Made by a program: the position numbers and the translations under genes
Notes under the pieces: model-generated
What the model was told of the DNA's origin: nothing
Seen by the model: the letters and a program-made list of their open reading frames with translations, nothing else
Databases searched by the model: none
Source of the DNA: Micavibrio sp. UBA6147
GTDB taxonomy: Bacteria > Pseudomonadota > Alphaproteobacteria > Micavibrionales > UBA1664
DNA: 64,000 nt
NCBI GenBank assembly: GCA_002423185.1
Contig: DIUX01000002.1
Coordinates: 900,229-964,228 of the forward strand
Direction: 5' to 3'
Shown: positions 35,857 through 46,721 of the stretch, piece by piece
How positions within the stretch are numbered: the first letter of the stretch is position 1
How the letters are laid out: each line of letters starts with the position of its first letter

Positions 35857-37026
35857 ATGAAAAACGCCGTGATTGTTGACTATGTACGTACGCCTTTTGC
35901 GCGGGCTTTCTCGCCCGATGTTGCTGCCGGAAAGAAGGGCGAATTTGCCCATATCCTGCCTGACGACATGCTGGCACAATTGGTACAAAAACTGATCGAA
36001 CGTACAGGCGTCAACCCGTCCGATGTTGAAACATTGCTCACTGGATGTGCTTTTCCTGAGGCAACCCAAGGCTTGAACCTTGCCCGTAATGTTGTGTTGC
36101 ACCCTGATTCCTCCTTGCCGCATTCGGTCGGCGCCGCTACCGTGAACCGTTTTTGCGGTTCATCCATGCATGTGATCCAAGACGCCGCTGGCCATATCGC
36201 GGCGGGCGCTGGGGATGTGTTTATCTGTACCGGCGTTGAATCGATGAGCCAAGTGCCGATGAGCGGTTGGAACCCGATGCTCAACCACAAAATCTATGAC
36301 GGCGATGTCCGTGCCTATATGAACATGGGGCGCACTGCGGAAAACCTCGCCCGTAAGTACAACATCGAACGCGCCTTGCAAGAGGAATTCGCGCTGCGCT
36401 CTCACCTGAAGGCCGCTGCTGCCGCCGCCGAAGGCAAGATGGATCGCGAGCTTGTGCCATTGAAGGAAGCCCCGCATGTGAAGGCGGATAATGCCGTACG
36501 CGGCGACACGACCCTCGAAAAACTCGCCTCACTGAAGCCCGCATTCGAAACGGCGGGCACGGTCACGGCGGGAACATCATCGCCAATCACCGACGGTGCA
36601 TCCGCCGTAATGGTAACATCCGAAGAATATGCCAAAAAGCATAACCTTCCTATTTTGGCACATATCAAGAGCTTCGCCGGATCGGGCTGCGCTCCTGAAA
36701 TTATGGGGATCGGCCCCGTGGAGGCGAGCCGTAAGGCTTTGGCGCGTGCCGGCCTGACGGTGAACGACATTGACATTTTCGAACTCAACGAAGCCTTCGC
36801 GGCGCAGGCTCTGTCGGTGATCAAAGAACTCGGCATTGACGAGTCCAAGGTCAACCTTGACGGCGGTGCGATTGCCCTCGGTCACCCGCTCGGTGCGTCC
36901 GGTGCGCGGATCACGGGCAAGGCGGCATCGTTGCTGGAGCGCGAGAACAAGCGTTACGCCCTCGCCACTATGTGCATCGGCGGCGGTCAAGGCATCGCCA
37001 TGGTTTTGGAAAGACCAAAGCCGTAA
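35857..37026 (+). CDS. fadA: acetyl-CoA C-acyltransferase (3-ketoacyl-CoA thiolase)
   Basis: Thiolase motifs NRFCGSSMH (active Cys), NEAFAAQ, GGAIALGHPLGASG and CIGGGQG. ATG at 35857 with AGGAGA upstream. Confidence 0.92.
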   Translation: MKNAVIVDYVRTPFARAFSPDVAAGKKGEFAHILPDDMLAQLVQKLIERTGVNPSDVETLLTGCAFPEATQGLNLARNVVLHPDSSLPHSVGAATVNRFCGSSMHVIQDAAGHIAAGAGDVFICTGVESMSQVPMSGWNPMLNHKIYDGDVRAYMNMGRTAENLARKYNIERALQEEFALRSHLKAAAAAAEGKMDRELVPLKEAPHVKADNAVRGDTTLEKLASLKPAFETAGTVTAGTSSPITDGASAVMVTSEEYAKKHNLPILAHIKSFAGSGCAPEIMGIGPVEASRKALARAGLTVNDIDIFELNEAFAAQALSVIKELGIDESKVNLDGGAIALGHPLGASGARITGKAASLLERENKRYALATMCIGGGQGIAMVLERPKP

Positions 37027-37129
37027 CAGGCCGTTTTGATTCGGGTGGGCGTGGTGTACGCACGCGTACGCCCCCCGATTATTTTCATACACCAATCATG
37101 CCAATTAAAATCAGAAAAGTGGGAATAAC

Positions 37130-39733
37130 ATGACTGAGAAAAGACAGATCAAAAAAGCCGCCATCATTGGCGCGGGCGTCATGGGCGCCCCGATTGCCGC
37201 CATCATGGCGAATGCAGGGGTTGAAGTATTGCTCCTCGACATCGTTCCGCAAGGTGCGAAAGACCGTAACGTCATCGCTAACACCGCGCTTGAGCGCATG
37301 AAAAAGGCGTCCTTGAATCCGAGCGCCGACCCGCTTAGCGGTGCATTCCTGACAACCTCGAATGCCAAGCTCATTAAGACGGGCAATACAGAGGATAACT
37401 GGAACGAACTCGCCGATGTTGACTGGATTGTCGAAGTCGTCAAAGAAGACATTGGCATCAAACGGCGCATCTACGAGAACATCGAAAAAGTCCGCAAGCA
37501 AGGCGCGATTGTGTCGTCCAACACATCGACCATCCCGCTGGAAGACTTGACCGAAGGGCGCAGTGATGATTTCCGCAAGAATTTCGTCATTTCGCACTTC
37601 TTTAACCCGCCGCGCTTTATGCGCTTGCTGGAAATCATCGGCGGCAAGGATACGGACAAGGATGTTTTGAACCTTATTTCGTCCTTCGGGGATGTCAAAC
37701 TCGGCAAGGATGTCGTTGTTTGTAAAGACACACCGGGTTTCAAAGGCAACCGCATCGGCGTTTATATGCTGCTCAAGGCGATTGTTGAGGCCGTCAAGGC
37801 CGACCTTAAGCCCGAAGAGGCGGACGAAGTTCTCGGCCGCCCTGTCGGATTTGAAAAAAGCGGCGTGTTCGGCACGCTCGATGTTGTGGGTCTCGACACC
37901 ATCCCCAATGTTGTCGCATCCCTCGCCAAAAAACTTCCCGCCAACGACCCCTTCCATAAGGTGTATCAAGAAGCCATCGATCTCGGCATTCTCGACCGTA
38001 TGAACAAAATGGTTGCGGATGGCTATTCCGGCCGCAAAGGCAAGGGCGGTTTCTTCCGCTCCAAAAAAGATGCCGATGGTAAATCAGTCAAAGATGCCAA
38101 AGGCAAAACGATTTTGGAGTCCATGAACCTTAAAACAGGCGCGTACAGCGACGTGACAAAACCGAATATTCAAGCCGCGAAAAACGGCAAGAACGGCCTC
38201 AAAGCTGTTCTGGACACCAAGGATAAAGGCGGGGCGTACGCGTGGACGGTTTTGAGCGATACATTGCTCTACGCGGCTGGCCGGATTCCTGAAATTTCGG
38301 ACGACCTGAACAGTGTCGACCTTGCCATGCGTGCAGGTTTCAAATGGAAAAAAGGCCCGTTTGAAATGATCGATGCGGTTGGCGCGTCCAGCCTCATTGC
38401 CCGCGCTCAGGCCGAAGGTCAAACCATTCCGGCATGGCTGGACAAAGCGGCGACACAGAATAAACCCTTGTACCGCGTTGAAAAAGGCCAGCCGCAAGAC
38501 TTGGACGTCAACGGCAAATACAACAATATTCCGGTGCCGGAGGGCGTGCTGCGCCTGTCCGACATCAAACGCAAGTCAAAGCCTTTGCTGAAAGGCAATT
38601 CGGCGAGTGCTTGGGACATTGGCGACGGCGTTGTATGCTTTGAATTCCATTCCCTGATGAACACGATTGACCCTTCAACATTGTTGATGCTCAACAACAC
38701 CATCAAAATGATTAACGGAAGCAAAGGCAAGTACAAGGCTTTGGTCATTCACAATGAAGGCGCAAACTTCTCCGCCGGTGCCAATCTCGGCTTCGCGCAA
38801 TTGATGATGAAGGCGGGGCTTTGGAACGTGGTTGAGGACATGGTCTATTACGGCCAGAGCGTTTATAACGCCTTGCGCTATGCGCCATTCCCCGTGGTTG
38901 GCGCGCCCAAAGGCTTGGCACTTGGCGGCGGATGCGAAATCCTCCTTCATTGCGATGCCATTCAGGCCGATGCCGAAACCTATATGGGCTTGGTTGAGGT
39001 TGGCGTTGGGGTGATTCCGGGCTGGAATGGCTGCGCCCGCGCGATTGAGCGGGCGCGGGAGGCCAAGGGCATGCCCGGTGGCCCGATGCCGGCTGTACGT
39101 TCCGCTTTCCAAACCGTGATGATGCCGCAATTATCGATGTCAACATCGGCGCCGGACGCCATGAAAAAACTCTGGCTGCGTAAGGGCGATGGCGTCACGA
39201 TGAACAGTGACCGCTTGCTCGCCGATGCGAAGGCAAAGGCATTATCCATCGCGGCGGCGGGCTATACGCCCCCGACACCGAGTGTCTTTAACCTTCCGGG
39301 GCAAGCCGGAAAAACCTCCATTGCCTCGGCGATCGAGGAAATGGCGGCGCAAGGAATCGTGACCAAGCATGACGCCCGCGTTGCGGATGCCTTGGCGGAC
39401 ACGTTGACGGGCGGCAATATTGCCAACCACACAACACAAGTGACTGAAGACGATATTGCGGCGCTGGAACGCCGGAATTTCCTCAACCTGATCCGCACCA
39501 AGGAAACGCAAAAGCGGATTGACGTGATGCTTAAAACCGGCAAACCGTACCGTGAGCCGGAACTCGCCACCGTTGACACGATGCGCGAAGTCCGCAGCGC
39601 CGCCAAGCCGTTCAATACATCGAGCAAAGCGTTGAAACGCGCGCCGTTAACGGGCTGGGACAATGTAAAACTGCACTCCATGGCGGCGATCACATGGGGC
39701 ATGTATAAAGCCCTCGGCCTGAAGAAAAAATAA
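37130..39733 (+). CDS. bifunctional 3-hydroxyacyl-CoA dehydrogenase / enoyl-CoA hydratase, FadN-type domain order (dehydrogenase N-terminal, crotonase C-terminal)
   Basis: N-terminal Rossmann motif IIGAGVMGAPIA and 3HCDH region (FFNPPRFM). C-terminal crotonase block ALVIHNEGANFSAGANLG ... GLALGGGCE. Confidence 0.9.
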   Translation: MTEKRQIKKAAIIGAGVMGAPIAAIMANAGVEVLLLDIVPQGAKDRNVIANTALERMKKASLNPSADPLSGAFLTTSNAKLIKTGNTEDNWNELADVDWIVEVVKEDIGIKRRIYENIEKVRKQGAIVSSNTSTIPLEDLTEGRSDDFRKNFVISHFFNPPRFMRLLEIIGGKDTDKDVLNLISSFGDVKLGKDVVVCKDTPGFKGNRIGVYMLLKAIVEAVKADLKPEEADEVLGRPVGFEKSGVFGTLDVVGLDTIPNVVASLAKKLPANDPFHKVYQEAIDLGILDRMNKMVADGYSGRKGKGGFFRSKKDADGKSVKDAKGKTILESMNLKTGAYSDVTKPNIQAAKNGKNGLKAVLDTKDKGGAYAWTVLSDTLLYAAGRIPEISDDLNSVDLAMRAGFKWKKGPFEMIDAVGASSLIARAQAEGQTIPAWLDKAATQNKPLYRVEKGQPQDLDVNGKYNNIPVPEGVLRLSDIKRKSKPLLKGNSASAWDIGDGVVCFEFHSLMNTIDPSTLLMLNNTIKMINGSKGKYKALVIHNEGANFSAGANLGFAQLMMKAGLWNVVEDMVYYGQSVYNALRYAPFPVVGAPKGLALGGGCEILLHCDAIQADAETYMGLVEVGVGVIPGWNGCARAIERAREAKGMPGGPMPAVRSAFQTVMMPQLSMSTSAPDAMKKLWLRKGDGVTMNSDRLLADAKAKALSIAAAGYTPPTPSVFNLPGQAGKTSIASAIEEMAAQGIVTKHDARVADALADTLTGGNIANHTTQVTEDDIAALERRNFLNLIRTKETQKRIDVMLKTGKPYREPELATVDTMREVRSAAKPFNTSSKALKRAPLTGWDNVKLHSMAAITWGMYKALGLKKK

Positions 39734-39768
39734 GGCTGCTTGCGACCATTGCAAGAGCATAAAAGATA

Positions 39769-39800
39769 TAAAGCCCCGTACGTGTGTGCGGGGCTTTTTC
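39769..39800. terminator. bidirectional terminator between the fadN-like gene and hutF
   Basis: AAAGCCCCG (to 39777), loop, CGGGGCTTTTTCTTT (39788 onward). Confidence 0.65.
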
Positions 39801-39801
39801 T

Positions 39802-41196
39802 TTATAGCTGTGCGTAGATTTTTTCGAGAGTTTTCTTATAACGCGCGCGTAAGGCGTCTTCATGTACGTGCCGCCCGTTTTGAACCATGAGGGTTCCGGC
39901 GCAGATCACACTGTGTACGCACCGTTCTTGCCGCGCGAAAACATAACGGTCAAAAACATCGTCAACCGCACATCCATCAAAGCACGGCGCATCCGCATCA
40001 AGAACAACAAAATCCGCAAAGCGCCCAACCGCGATGGCACCAATCGGCGCGTCCATTGAAGAGGCTCCACCCTTGAGGGCTTGGGAATATAAGTAGAGTG
40101 CGGGGGAGCGGTGTACGTCACTGGCGCTCAGGCTGCGTCTACGATGGGTGAGGCGCTGGGCGTACTCTATCATCCGCAGTTCTTCAACGGGATCAATGCT
40201 GATATGGCTGTCGGTGCCTATCGCGAAAGAGCCACCCTCGGCGATATAGGGTTGCAAGGGGAAAATCCCGTCCCCGAGATTGGCCTCGGTGGTGGGGCAA
40301 AAGCCGATAATCGCGCCCGATTTGGCGATAGCGCCGCGCTCTTGGTCGTTCAAGTGGGTTGCGTGAATCAATGTCCATTTTGAATCGACATCTATAGTGT
40401 CGAACAACCATTCCGCCGGCCGCTTGCCTGACCAGTTCAGAGAATCCTGTACTTCCTTTTCCTGTTCCGCAATGTGCATGTGAATATTGAGGTCTGGATA
40501 GGCGGGAATGAGCGCTTCCATCTGTGGCTGCGTGACGGCGCGAAGGGAATGAAAACTCATCGCGGTTTTGAGGCGACCTTGCGGGGCTGTGCGGGATTGT
40601 TCACTCAAAGCATGGTCAAGAAGCGTGCCGTACGTGTCCACTGTGTTGATAAAGCGGCGCTGCCCATGCTCATGCTGTACGCCTCCGAAATTGGCATGGC
40701 TGTACAGGGATGGAATCATCGTCAGACCAATGCCGCTTTGCTTGGCCGCGCTTATGTGTGCTTGAAGCATGGCATTGGAATTGGCGTGTGGCTTGCCATT
40801 CGTGTCGTGGTGCAAATAGTGAAATTCACCAACCCAGCCGTAGCCGGATTTGAGCATTTCGACATACAGCCATGCGGCAATTGATTCAACATCTTCGGGG
40901 GTTAAGTGGTCAACGAAGGCGTACATTAATTGCCGCCATGTCCAAAAGCTGTCTTGTCCTTTGCGGGTTATTTTTTCGGCGTGCCCCGCCATGGCGCGCT
41001 GAAAGGCGTGGGAATGAACATTCGGCATAGCAGGAATGACATAGCCATCCAAGATGAGAGCGTCATCGCAAGGGCGTACGTCTTCCGACATGTCGGTTGA
41101 TACGGATGAAATCATGCCTTTGTCATCAACGTCAATCGTGACGTTTTCAAGCCATTGTAAACCGTCAAAGACATGTTTTGCGAAAAACCGTTTCAT
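39802..41196 (-). CDS. hutF: formimidoylglutamate deiminase
   Basis: Amidohydrolase-superfamily HxH (PNVHSHAFQ), 464 aa. It sits in a hut cluster that also encodes N-formylglutamate amidohydrolase. Confidence 0.85.
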   Translation of the reverse strand: MKRFFAKHVFDGLQWLENVTIDVDDKGMISSVSTDMSEDVRPCDDALILDGYVIPAMPNVHSHAFQRAMAGHAEKITRKGQDSFWTWRQLMYAFVDHLTPEDVESIAAWLYVEMLKSGYGWVGEFHYLHHDTNGKPHANSNAMLQAHISAAKQSGIGLTMIPSLYSHANFGGVQHEHGQRRFINTVDTYGTLLDHALSEQSRTAPQGRLKTAMSFHSLRAVTQPQMEALIPAYPDLNIHMHIAEQEKEVQDSLNWSGKRPAEWLFDTIDVDSKWTLIHATHLNDQERGAIAKSGAIIGFCPTTEANLGDGIFPLQPYIAEGGSFAIGTDSHISIDPVEELRMIEYAQRLTHRRRSLSASDVHRSPALYLYSQALKGGASSMDAPIGAIAVGRFADFVVLDADAPCFDGCAVDDVFDRYVFARQERCVHSVICAGTLMVQNGRHVHEDALRARYKKTLEKIYAQL

Positions 41197-41253
41197 CCGC
41201 TATCCTGTGTTCCTGTAGGAAATATTTCGAAGCCGCCGTGACCAAAAGGATAC

Positions 41254-42486
41254 ATGAAAATGACCGACAAGACCATATATGATGCGCTGTGGATCAATGC
41301 CAATATCGCGACGATGGCGGGGGATGGATATGGTTTGATTCAGGGGGGGGCAATTGCGGTCGAAGACGGGCGAATCGCATGGATCGGAGAGATGCAAAAC
41401 GCCCCGAAGGGCTCGTCCGCACGTCGTTTTGTAGATGTCAAAGGCGGGCTGATCACACCGGCCTTGATCGATTGCCACACGCATTTGATCTATGGCGGCG
41501 ACAGGGCGGCGGAATTTGAGCAACGCCTGAATGGCTCAACATACGAGGACATCGCCAAGGCCGGCGGCGGGATTTTGTCAACTGTACGTGCGACCAGAGA
41601 GGCGAGCGAGGAAGGGCTGTACGTACAGGCGCTTCATCGCTTGACGATTTTGCGTAAAGGCGGGGTGGGCGTTTTCGAGATAAAATCCGGCTATGGACTG
41701 GATCTGGCCAGCGAAGAAAAAATGCTCCGCGTTGCAACACGTCTGCGCGATGAAACCGGCCTGTTCATCCAACGAACATTCTTAGGCGCCCATGCCCTGT
41801 CGCCTGAATTTGCAGGTGATGCGGATGGCTATATCGATTATGTATGCCACGACATGATTCCGTCCCTTGCGAAGGCGGGATTGATGGATGCGGTGGATGT
41901 GTTTTGTGAAAGGATAGCCTTCTCGGCCGCGCAGTCGCAGCGTGTTTTTGAGGCGGCTAAGGCCGCTGGCTTACCCGTAAAAATCCATGCCGAGCAATTA
42001 TCGAATATGGGCGGCGCAGCTTTGGCAGCGCGCTATCAGGCACTCTCCGCCGATCATCTGGAATATCTTGATGAAGAAGGCGTCCGCGCAATGGCGGAAC
42101 ACGGCAGTGTGGCGGTGATATTGCCGGCGGCTTTTTATACGATCAAAGAAACTCAAAAACCACCGATTGACGCGCTGCGCCGCTATGGCGTGCCGATGGC
42201 TCTGGCGACCGACCACAACCCCGGAAGCTCGCCAGCCTTGTCACTGGTTCTGATGATGAATATGGGGTGTACGCTTTTCGGTATGACACCGCTCGAGGCG
42301 TTGCGTGGAGTGACGATTCATGCAGCACGAGCACTGGGTGTATCCGAGCGCTACGGGACTTTGGAGTTAGGCAAGGAGGCGGATTTCGTGGTGTGGGATG
42401 CGGCGCAGCCCGCGGAGCTCTCATACCGTTTCGGTCATGCGCCTGTACGGTCGATTGTTCGTCAGGGTAAGGATCTATCGCTATAG
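41254..42486 (+). CDS. hutI: imidazolonepropionase
   Basis: Motifs [26 protein letters not shown] and [11 protein letters not shown]. Confidence 0.93.
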   Translation: MKMTDKTIYDALWINANIATMAGDGYGLIQGGAIAVEDGRIAWIGEMQNAPKGSSARRFVDVKGGLITPALIDCHTHLIYGGDRAAEFEQRLNGSTYEDIAKAGGGILSTVRATREASEEGLYVQALHRLTILRKGGVGVFEIKSGYGLDLASEEKMLRVATRLRDETGLFIQRTFLGAHALSPEFAGDADGYIDYVCHDMIPSLAKAGLMDAVDVFCERIAFSAAQSQRVFEAAKAAGLPVKIHAEQLSNMGGAALAARYQALSADHLEYLDEEGVRAMAEHGSVAVILPAAFYTIKETQKPPIDALRRYGVPMALATDHNPGSSPALSLVLMMNMGCTLFGMTPLEALRGVTIHAARALGVSERYGTLELGKEADFVVWDAAQPAELSYRFGHAPVRSIVRQGKDLSL

Positions 42487-43271
42487 AGCCTTTGAGCGGC
42501 TTGCATCATAGAGTCTATGACTTGGTACAGCGCGGCGCTTAATTTTTCGGCCTTCGCTGCGTCAAATTCCAGTGTTGTTTCGTTCATGTAATTTTTCCAT
42601 GTTAATTCCATTTGCAAGGCATGGACATGGTCTTTGGGCGCGCCGTATTGGCGAGTGATATAGCCGCCCAAAAAACGGGCGTTGAGAACAGTTTTATAGC
42701 CCGTACGTTCACCCGCGTGAAAGGCGGCGTTGGTGATGAGTTCATGGCATGTCGCGTTGCGGTTGGTGCCGAGATTAAGGTCGGGCAAGACCCCTTCGAA
42801 TAATAAAGGAACAACGGATTTGATAGAATGGGCGTCAAACAAAACGGCATATCCATGCAATTTTTTGACGCGCCCAATTTCTTGTCTTAATCGTTCGTGA
42901 TAGGGATGCCAATATTCCTGTACGCGTGTTGCGATTTCGGGCGCGGCGGGTTCTTTGCCAGTCTGGTAGATCGGCTCGCCGTAAAAACTTTGCAAGGGGC
43001 ATAGGCCGGTCTTCATTTGCCCGGGGTATAAATGATCGTCCGTCGGTGAACGATTAAGGTCTATGACATAGCGGGAATGAGTCGCGCGCAAGACGGTGGC
43101 ACTCAAGTCGCGGGCGAAGGGATAGAGCTTTTCAACAAACCAGTCCGTGTCGATCAGGCTCTGACCATGTTCCGAAAAACGCGCGGCGATGGCGGGCGGA
43201 ACATGGGTTCCGGCGTGCGGAATGCTGATGATAAGCGGGCCGTTACCGGAGTGTAGAGTATAGGGACGCAT
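42462..43271 (-). CDS. hutG: N-formylglutamate amidohydrolase
   Basis: FGase-family pattern [17 protein letters not shown] and LFDAHS. 269 aa. Confidence 0.88.
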   Translation of the reverse strand: MRPYTLHSGNGPLIISIPHAGTHVPPAIAARFSEHGQSLIDTDWFVEKLYPFARDLSATVLRATHSRYVIDLNRSPTDDHLYPGQMKTGLCPLQSFYGEPIYQTGKEPAAPEIATRVQEYWHPYHERLRQEIGRVKKLHGYAVLFDAHSIKSVVPLLFEGVLPDLNLGTNRNATCHELITNAAFHAGERTGYKTVLNARFLGGYITRQYGAPKDHVHALQMELTWKNYMNETTLEFDAAKAEKLSAALYQVIDSMMQAAQRLYSDRSLP

Positions 43272-43277
43272 AAAAAA

Positions 43278-44813
43278 TCAGGCCTTTGTTGAGGGCAGGA
43301 GTTGCTCCAGATTATCTATAAATTCGCCGTTCAGGACAAGGTGCTTGATGGCGGCAATATCGGGCGCAAAGAAGCGGTCTTGATCGAGATATTTTACATG
43401 CTTGCGAACGAAACGGTGGGTCTGTTCTAGCTTTGCCGATGTTTGCAAGGGGCGATGAAAATCAATCCCTTGCGCCGCGGCGAGCAATTCAATCGCGATA
43501 ATCGCCGAAAGATTATCCGTCATATCCAGCAAACGGCGGGCACCGTGTGTGGCCATACTGACGTGGTCTTCTTGATTGGCGGAGGTTGGGATGCTGTCGA
43601 CACTAGCGGGGTGAGAGAGCATTTTATTTTCACTGGTGAGCGCGGCGGCGGTGACATGGGCGATCATAAAGCCGGAGTGTACGCCTGCATCCTCGATCAA
43701 AAACGGCGGCAGGCCACTGTGATGGCTGTCGATCAACATGGCTGTACGTCGTTCAGAAATAGAGCCTGTTTCCGCGGTGGCAATCGCCAGCCCATCGGCA
43801 ATAATCGCCACGGGCTCCGCATGAAAATTACCGCCGGATAAAATCTCGCCCGTATCGGGAAAAACCAGCGGGTTGTCAGACACGGCGTTGGATTCGCGCT
43901 CAAGGATTATTGCGCCATGGCAGATTTGGTCAAGGCAAGCCCCCATGACTTGCGGCATACAGCGAAGGCAATAGGGGTCTTGGACTTTGGTGCAATCGAT
44001 GTGGGATTCACGCAAGGGACTGTCCTGAAGCAACGACCGAAACGCGGCGGCGCAGTCTATTTGGCCTTGCTGTCTTCGCACCGCTTGGATTTCTTCGCGA
44101 AACGGGGCGGGTGACCCTTTAGCGGCCTCAAGGCTCAGACAGCCCGCCTTCATTGCGGCGGCAAAACAATTCTCAAGACGGAGCAATCCGCTTAAGGCAA
44201 AGGCCGTGGAAACCTGTGTGCCGTTGATAAGGGCAAGACCCTCTTTGGGGCCGAGCTTGACGGGGGTGAGTCCGGCTTTTTCAAGAGCTTGGCGGGCGGG
44301 AATTTTTTCGCCCTGTACGTACGCTTCGCCATGGCCGAGTAAACAGGCACTCATATGCGCCAAGGGGACGAGGTCGCCGGAGGCGCCGACCGATCCCTTG
44401 CAAGGAATAGCGGGGATAATGCCGTGGTTGAACAGGTCAATGAGCCCGTTTACAAGAAGCGTACGTACGCCCGAATACCCTTGCGCCAGCGAATTGATCT
44501 TTAACACGAAAAGAAGCCGGACTGTTTGTACGTCCATATCCGGGCCCGTGCCGGTGGAGTGCGAAAGGATAAGATTTTCTTGGAGAATCTCAAGCTTTTC
44601 ACGATTGACTTTCGTGCTGGCGAGGCGGCCGAAACCGGTGTTGACGCCATACACGGTTGCGCCGGAATTGATCAAATCAAGAACGGCTTTGTTACTTCGT
44701 TCAATCAAGGTGTACGCTTCGTCCGAGAGCGCGATTTTGGTGTACGTTCCCTCCCAAATAGCGCGCAGGTCACGAAGGCGGATTTGGCCGGGATTGATGG
44801 TGAAAATGCTCAT
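43278..44813 (-). CDS. hutH: histidine ammonia-lyase
   Basis: MIO-forming Ala-Ser-Gly within GSVGASGDLVPLAH. 511 aa. Confidence 0.95.
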   Translation of the reverse strand: MSIFTINPGQIRLRDLRAIWEGTYTKIALSDEAYTLIERSNKAVLDLINSGATVYGVNTGFGRLASTKVNREKLEILQENLILSHSTGTGPDMDVQTVRLLFVLKINSLAQGYSGVRTLLVNGLIDLFNHGIIPAIPCKGSVGASGDLVPLAHMSACLLGHGEAYVQGEKIPARQALEKAGLTPVKLGPKEGLALINGTQVSTAFALSGLLRLENCFAAAMKAGCLSLEAAKGSPAPFREEIQAVRRQQGQIDCAAAFRSLLQDSPLRESHIDCTKVQDPYCLRCMPQVMGACLDQICHGAIILERESNAVSDNPLVFPDTGEILSGGNFHAEPVAIIADGLAIATAETGSISERRTAMLIDSHHSGLPPFLIEDAGVHSGFMIAHVTAAALTSENKMLSHPASVDSIPTSANQEDHVSMATHGARRLLDMTDNLSAIIAIELLAAAQGIDFHRPLQTSAKLEQTHRFVRKHVKYLDQDRFFAPDIAAIKHLVLNGEFIDNLEQLLPSTKA

Positions 44814-44862
44814 AATGTTTCTTTCGCTATATCAATGCTTCGTGAGGGGTTACGCCATATGA

Positions 44863-46557
44863 TCAACGCCCAACCATGGGCAGGTTGAGGCCTTGCTCAT
44901 GCGCGCAGTCAATGGCGATGTCGTATCCGGCATCGGCATGGCGCATCACCCCCGTTGCGGGGTCGTTGGTGAGGACACGTTCAAGACGCCGCGCGGCATC
45001 CTCCGTTCCGTCCGCGAGTATCACCATGCCGGAGTGCTGGGAATATCCCATGCCGACGCCGCCGCCATGGTGGAGAGACACCCATGTCGCGCCGCTGGCG
45101 CAGTTCAATAAGGCGTTCAAGAGCGGCCAGTCTGATACGGCGTCGGAGCCGTCTTTCATGCTCTCGGTTTCCCTGTTCGGGCTGGCGACTGAACCGCTGT
45201 CGAGGTGGTCGCGGCCGATCACGAGCGGGGCGGTTAACTCGCCGCTGGCGACCATCTCGTTGAAGGCGAGGCCGATTTTGGCGCGATCGCCAAGGCCGAG
45301 CCAGCATATGCGGGCGGGCAGACCTTGAAAACTGATCCGCTCCTTCGCCATGTCGAGCCAGTTATGCAGATGCGGATTATCGGGGATGAGTTCCTTGACC
45401 TTTGCGTCAGTCTTGTAGATATCCTCCGGATTGCCGGACAGTGCCGCCCATCGAAACGGACCGATGCCGCGGCAAAATAAAGGCCGTATATAGGCCGGCA
45501 CAAAACCGGGGAAGTCAAAGGCATTGGCGACGCCCGTGTCTTTGGCTTCTTGGCGGATGTTATTGCCGTAGTCAAGTGTCGGGATGCCGAGCGCGTACAG
45601 GGCGAGCATTGCCCGTACGTGCTGCGCCATCGATTGCCGCGCGGCGGTGATGACGGCTTGCGGGTCTTTGCGGCGCATATCCTGTGCCTGCGCCAATGTC
45701 CATCCGGCGGGGAGATAGCCGTTGAGCGGGTCATGCGCCGATGTTTGGTCGGTCACGGCATCGGGGCGGTATCGCGGGTCGGTGGCGGCCTTGTCGGCGA
45801 TGGTTTTGAAGATTTCGGCGGCATTGCCAAGCAAGCCGACAGACACGGCCTTGCCGTTCTTATGAGCGGCGTGGACGATGTCGAGCGCCTCGTCAAGCGT
45901 GTTTGCGGATTGGTCGAGATAGCGCGTGTCAAGGCGGCGCTTAATGCAGGCTGGATTGCATTCAACGGCGATCATCGAAGCCCCCGCCATCGTGGCGGCC
46001 AAAGGCTGCGCCCCGCCCATCCCGCCGAGCCCGCCGGTCAAAATCCATTTGCCTTTGAGCGACCCGCCAAAATGTTGACGCCCGACTTCGACAAAGGTTT
46101 CGTACGTGCCTTGGACAATGCCTTGCGTGCCGATATAAATCCATGATCCTGCGGTCATCTGGCCGTACATCATCAACCCCTTGCGGTCGAGTTCGCGGAA
46201 ATGATCCCAATTCGCCCAGTGCGGGACAAGGTTCGAGTTGGCAATCAAAACGCGCGGCGCGTCTTTGTGGGTTTTGAAAACGCCGACAGGCTTGCCCGAT
46301 TGCACCAGCAAGGTTTCGTCCAAGGCGAGGTCGCGCAGGGTCGAAATGATTTTGTCATAGCAATCCCAATTTCGCGCTGCCTTGCCGATGCCGCCGTAAA
46401 CGACGAGTTCATCGGGATTTTCCGCGACATTGCGGTCAAGATTATTCATGAGCATGCGGATCGGTGCCTCGGTCACCCAACCGGCTTTTGTGGAAGGGGT
46501 GAGGGCGTGCGAGGCCTTGATATCGGTGCTGTTGACGCGGAGCGTTTGCGTGGACAT
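44863..46557 (-). CDS. hutU: urocanate hydratase
   Basis: 564 aa with [18 protein letters not shown] and [13 protein letters not shown] motifs. Confidence 0.95.
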   Translation of the reverse strand: MSTQTLRVNSTDIKASHALTPSTKAGWVTEAPIRMLMNNLDRNVAENPDELVVYGGIGKAARNWDCYDKIISTLRDLALDETLLVQSGKPVGVFKTHKDAPRVLIANSNLVPHWANWDHFRELDRKGLMMYGQMTAGSWIYIGTQGIVQGTYETFVEVGRQHFGGSLKGKWILTGGLGGMGGAQPLAATMAGASMIAVECNPACIKRRLDTRYLDQSANTLDEALDIVHAAHKNGKAVSVGLLGNAAEIFKTIADKAATDPRYRPDAVTDQTSAHDPLNGYLPAGWTLAQAQDMRRKDPQAVITAARQSMAQHVRAMLALYALGIPTLDYGNNIRQEAKDTGVANAFDFPGFVPAYIRPLFCRGIGPFRWAALSGNPEDIYKTDAKVKELIPDNPHLHNWLDMAKERISFQGLPARICWLGLGDRAKIGLAFNEMVASGELTAPLVIGRDHLDSGSVASPNRETESMKDGSDAVSDWPLLNALLNCASGATWVSLHHGGGVGMGYSQHSGMVILADGTEDAARRLERVLTNDPATGVMRHADAGYDIAIDCAHEQGLNLPMVGR

Positions 46558-46668
46558 GGCGTGTTTCCCTGAAATCTCTAATGTTTTGTTATGTCTGTGG
46601 TGACTCTTTGACCGGAAGGATAGCCGATTTTATGCGCCCGAGCCAGAGGATCAAAAAAGTCATCCCAT

Positions 46669-46694
46669 GAAAAACCGCCCCGAAGGGCGGTTTA
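46669..46694 (-). terminator. rho-independent terminator after the secreted protein gene
   Basis: On the minus strand: ACCGCCC-TTCG-GGGCGGT followed by TTTTTC (stems at 46674-46680 and 46685-46691). Confidence 0.7.
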
Positions 46695-46721
46695 AAAGAA
46701 TGGGTAAGGGGGCAGGATCAT

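Noticed and set aside
41197-41253. I looked for a HutC-type operator palindrome in the hutF/hutI divergent region, and also upstream of hutU (46558-46668).
   Set aside because: No convincing TGTA..TACA-type dyad was seen, and no hutC gene is present in the window, so no regulatory-site call is made.
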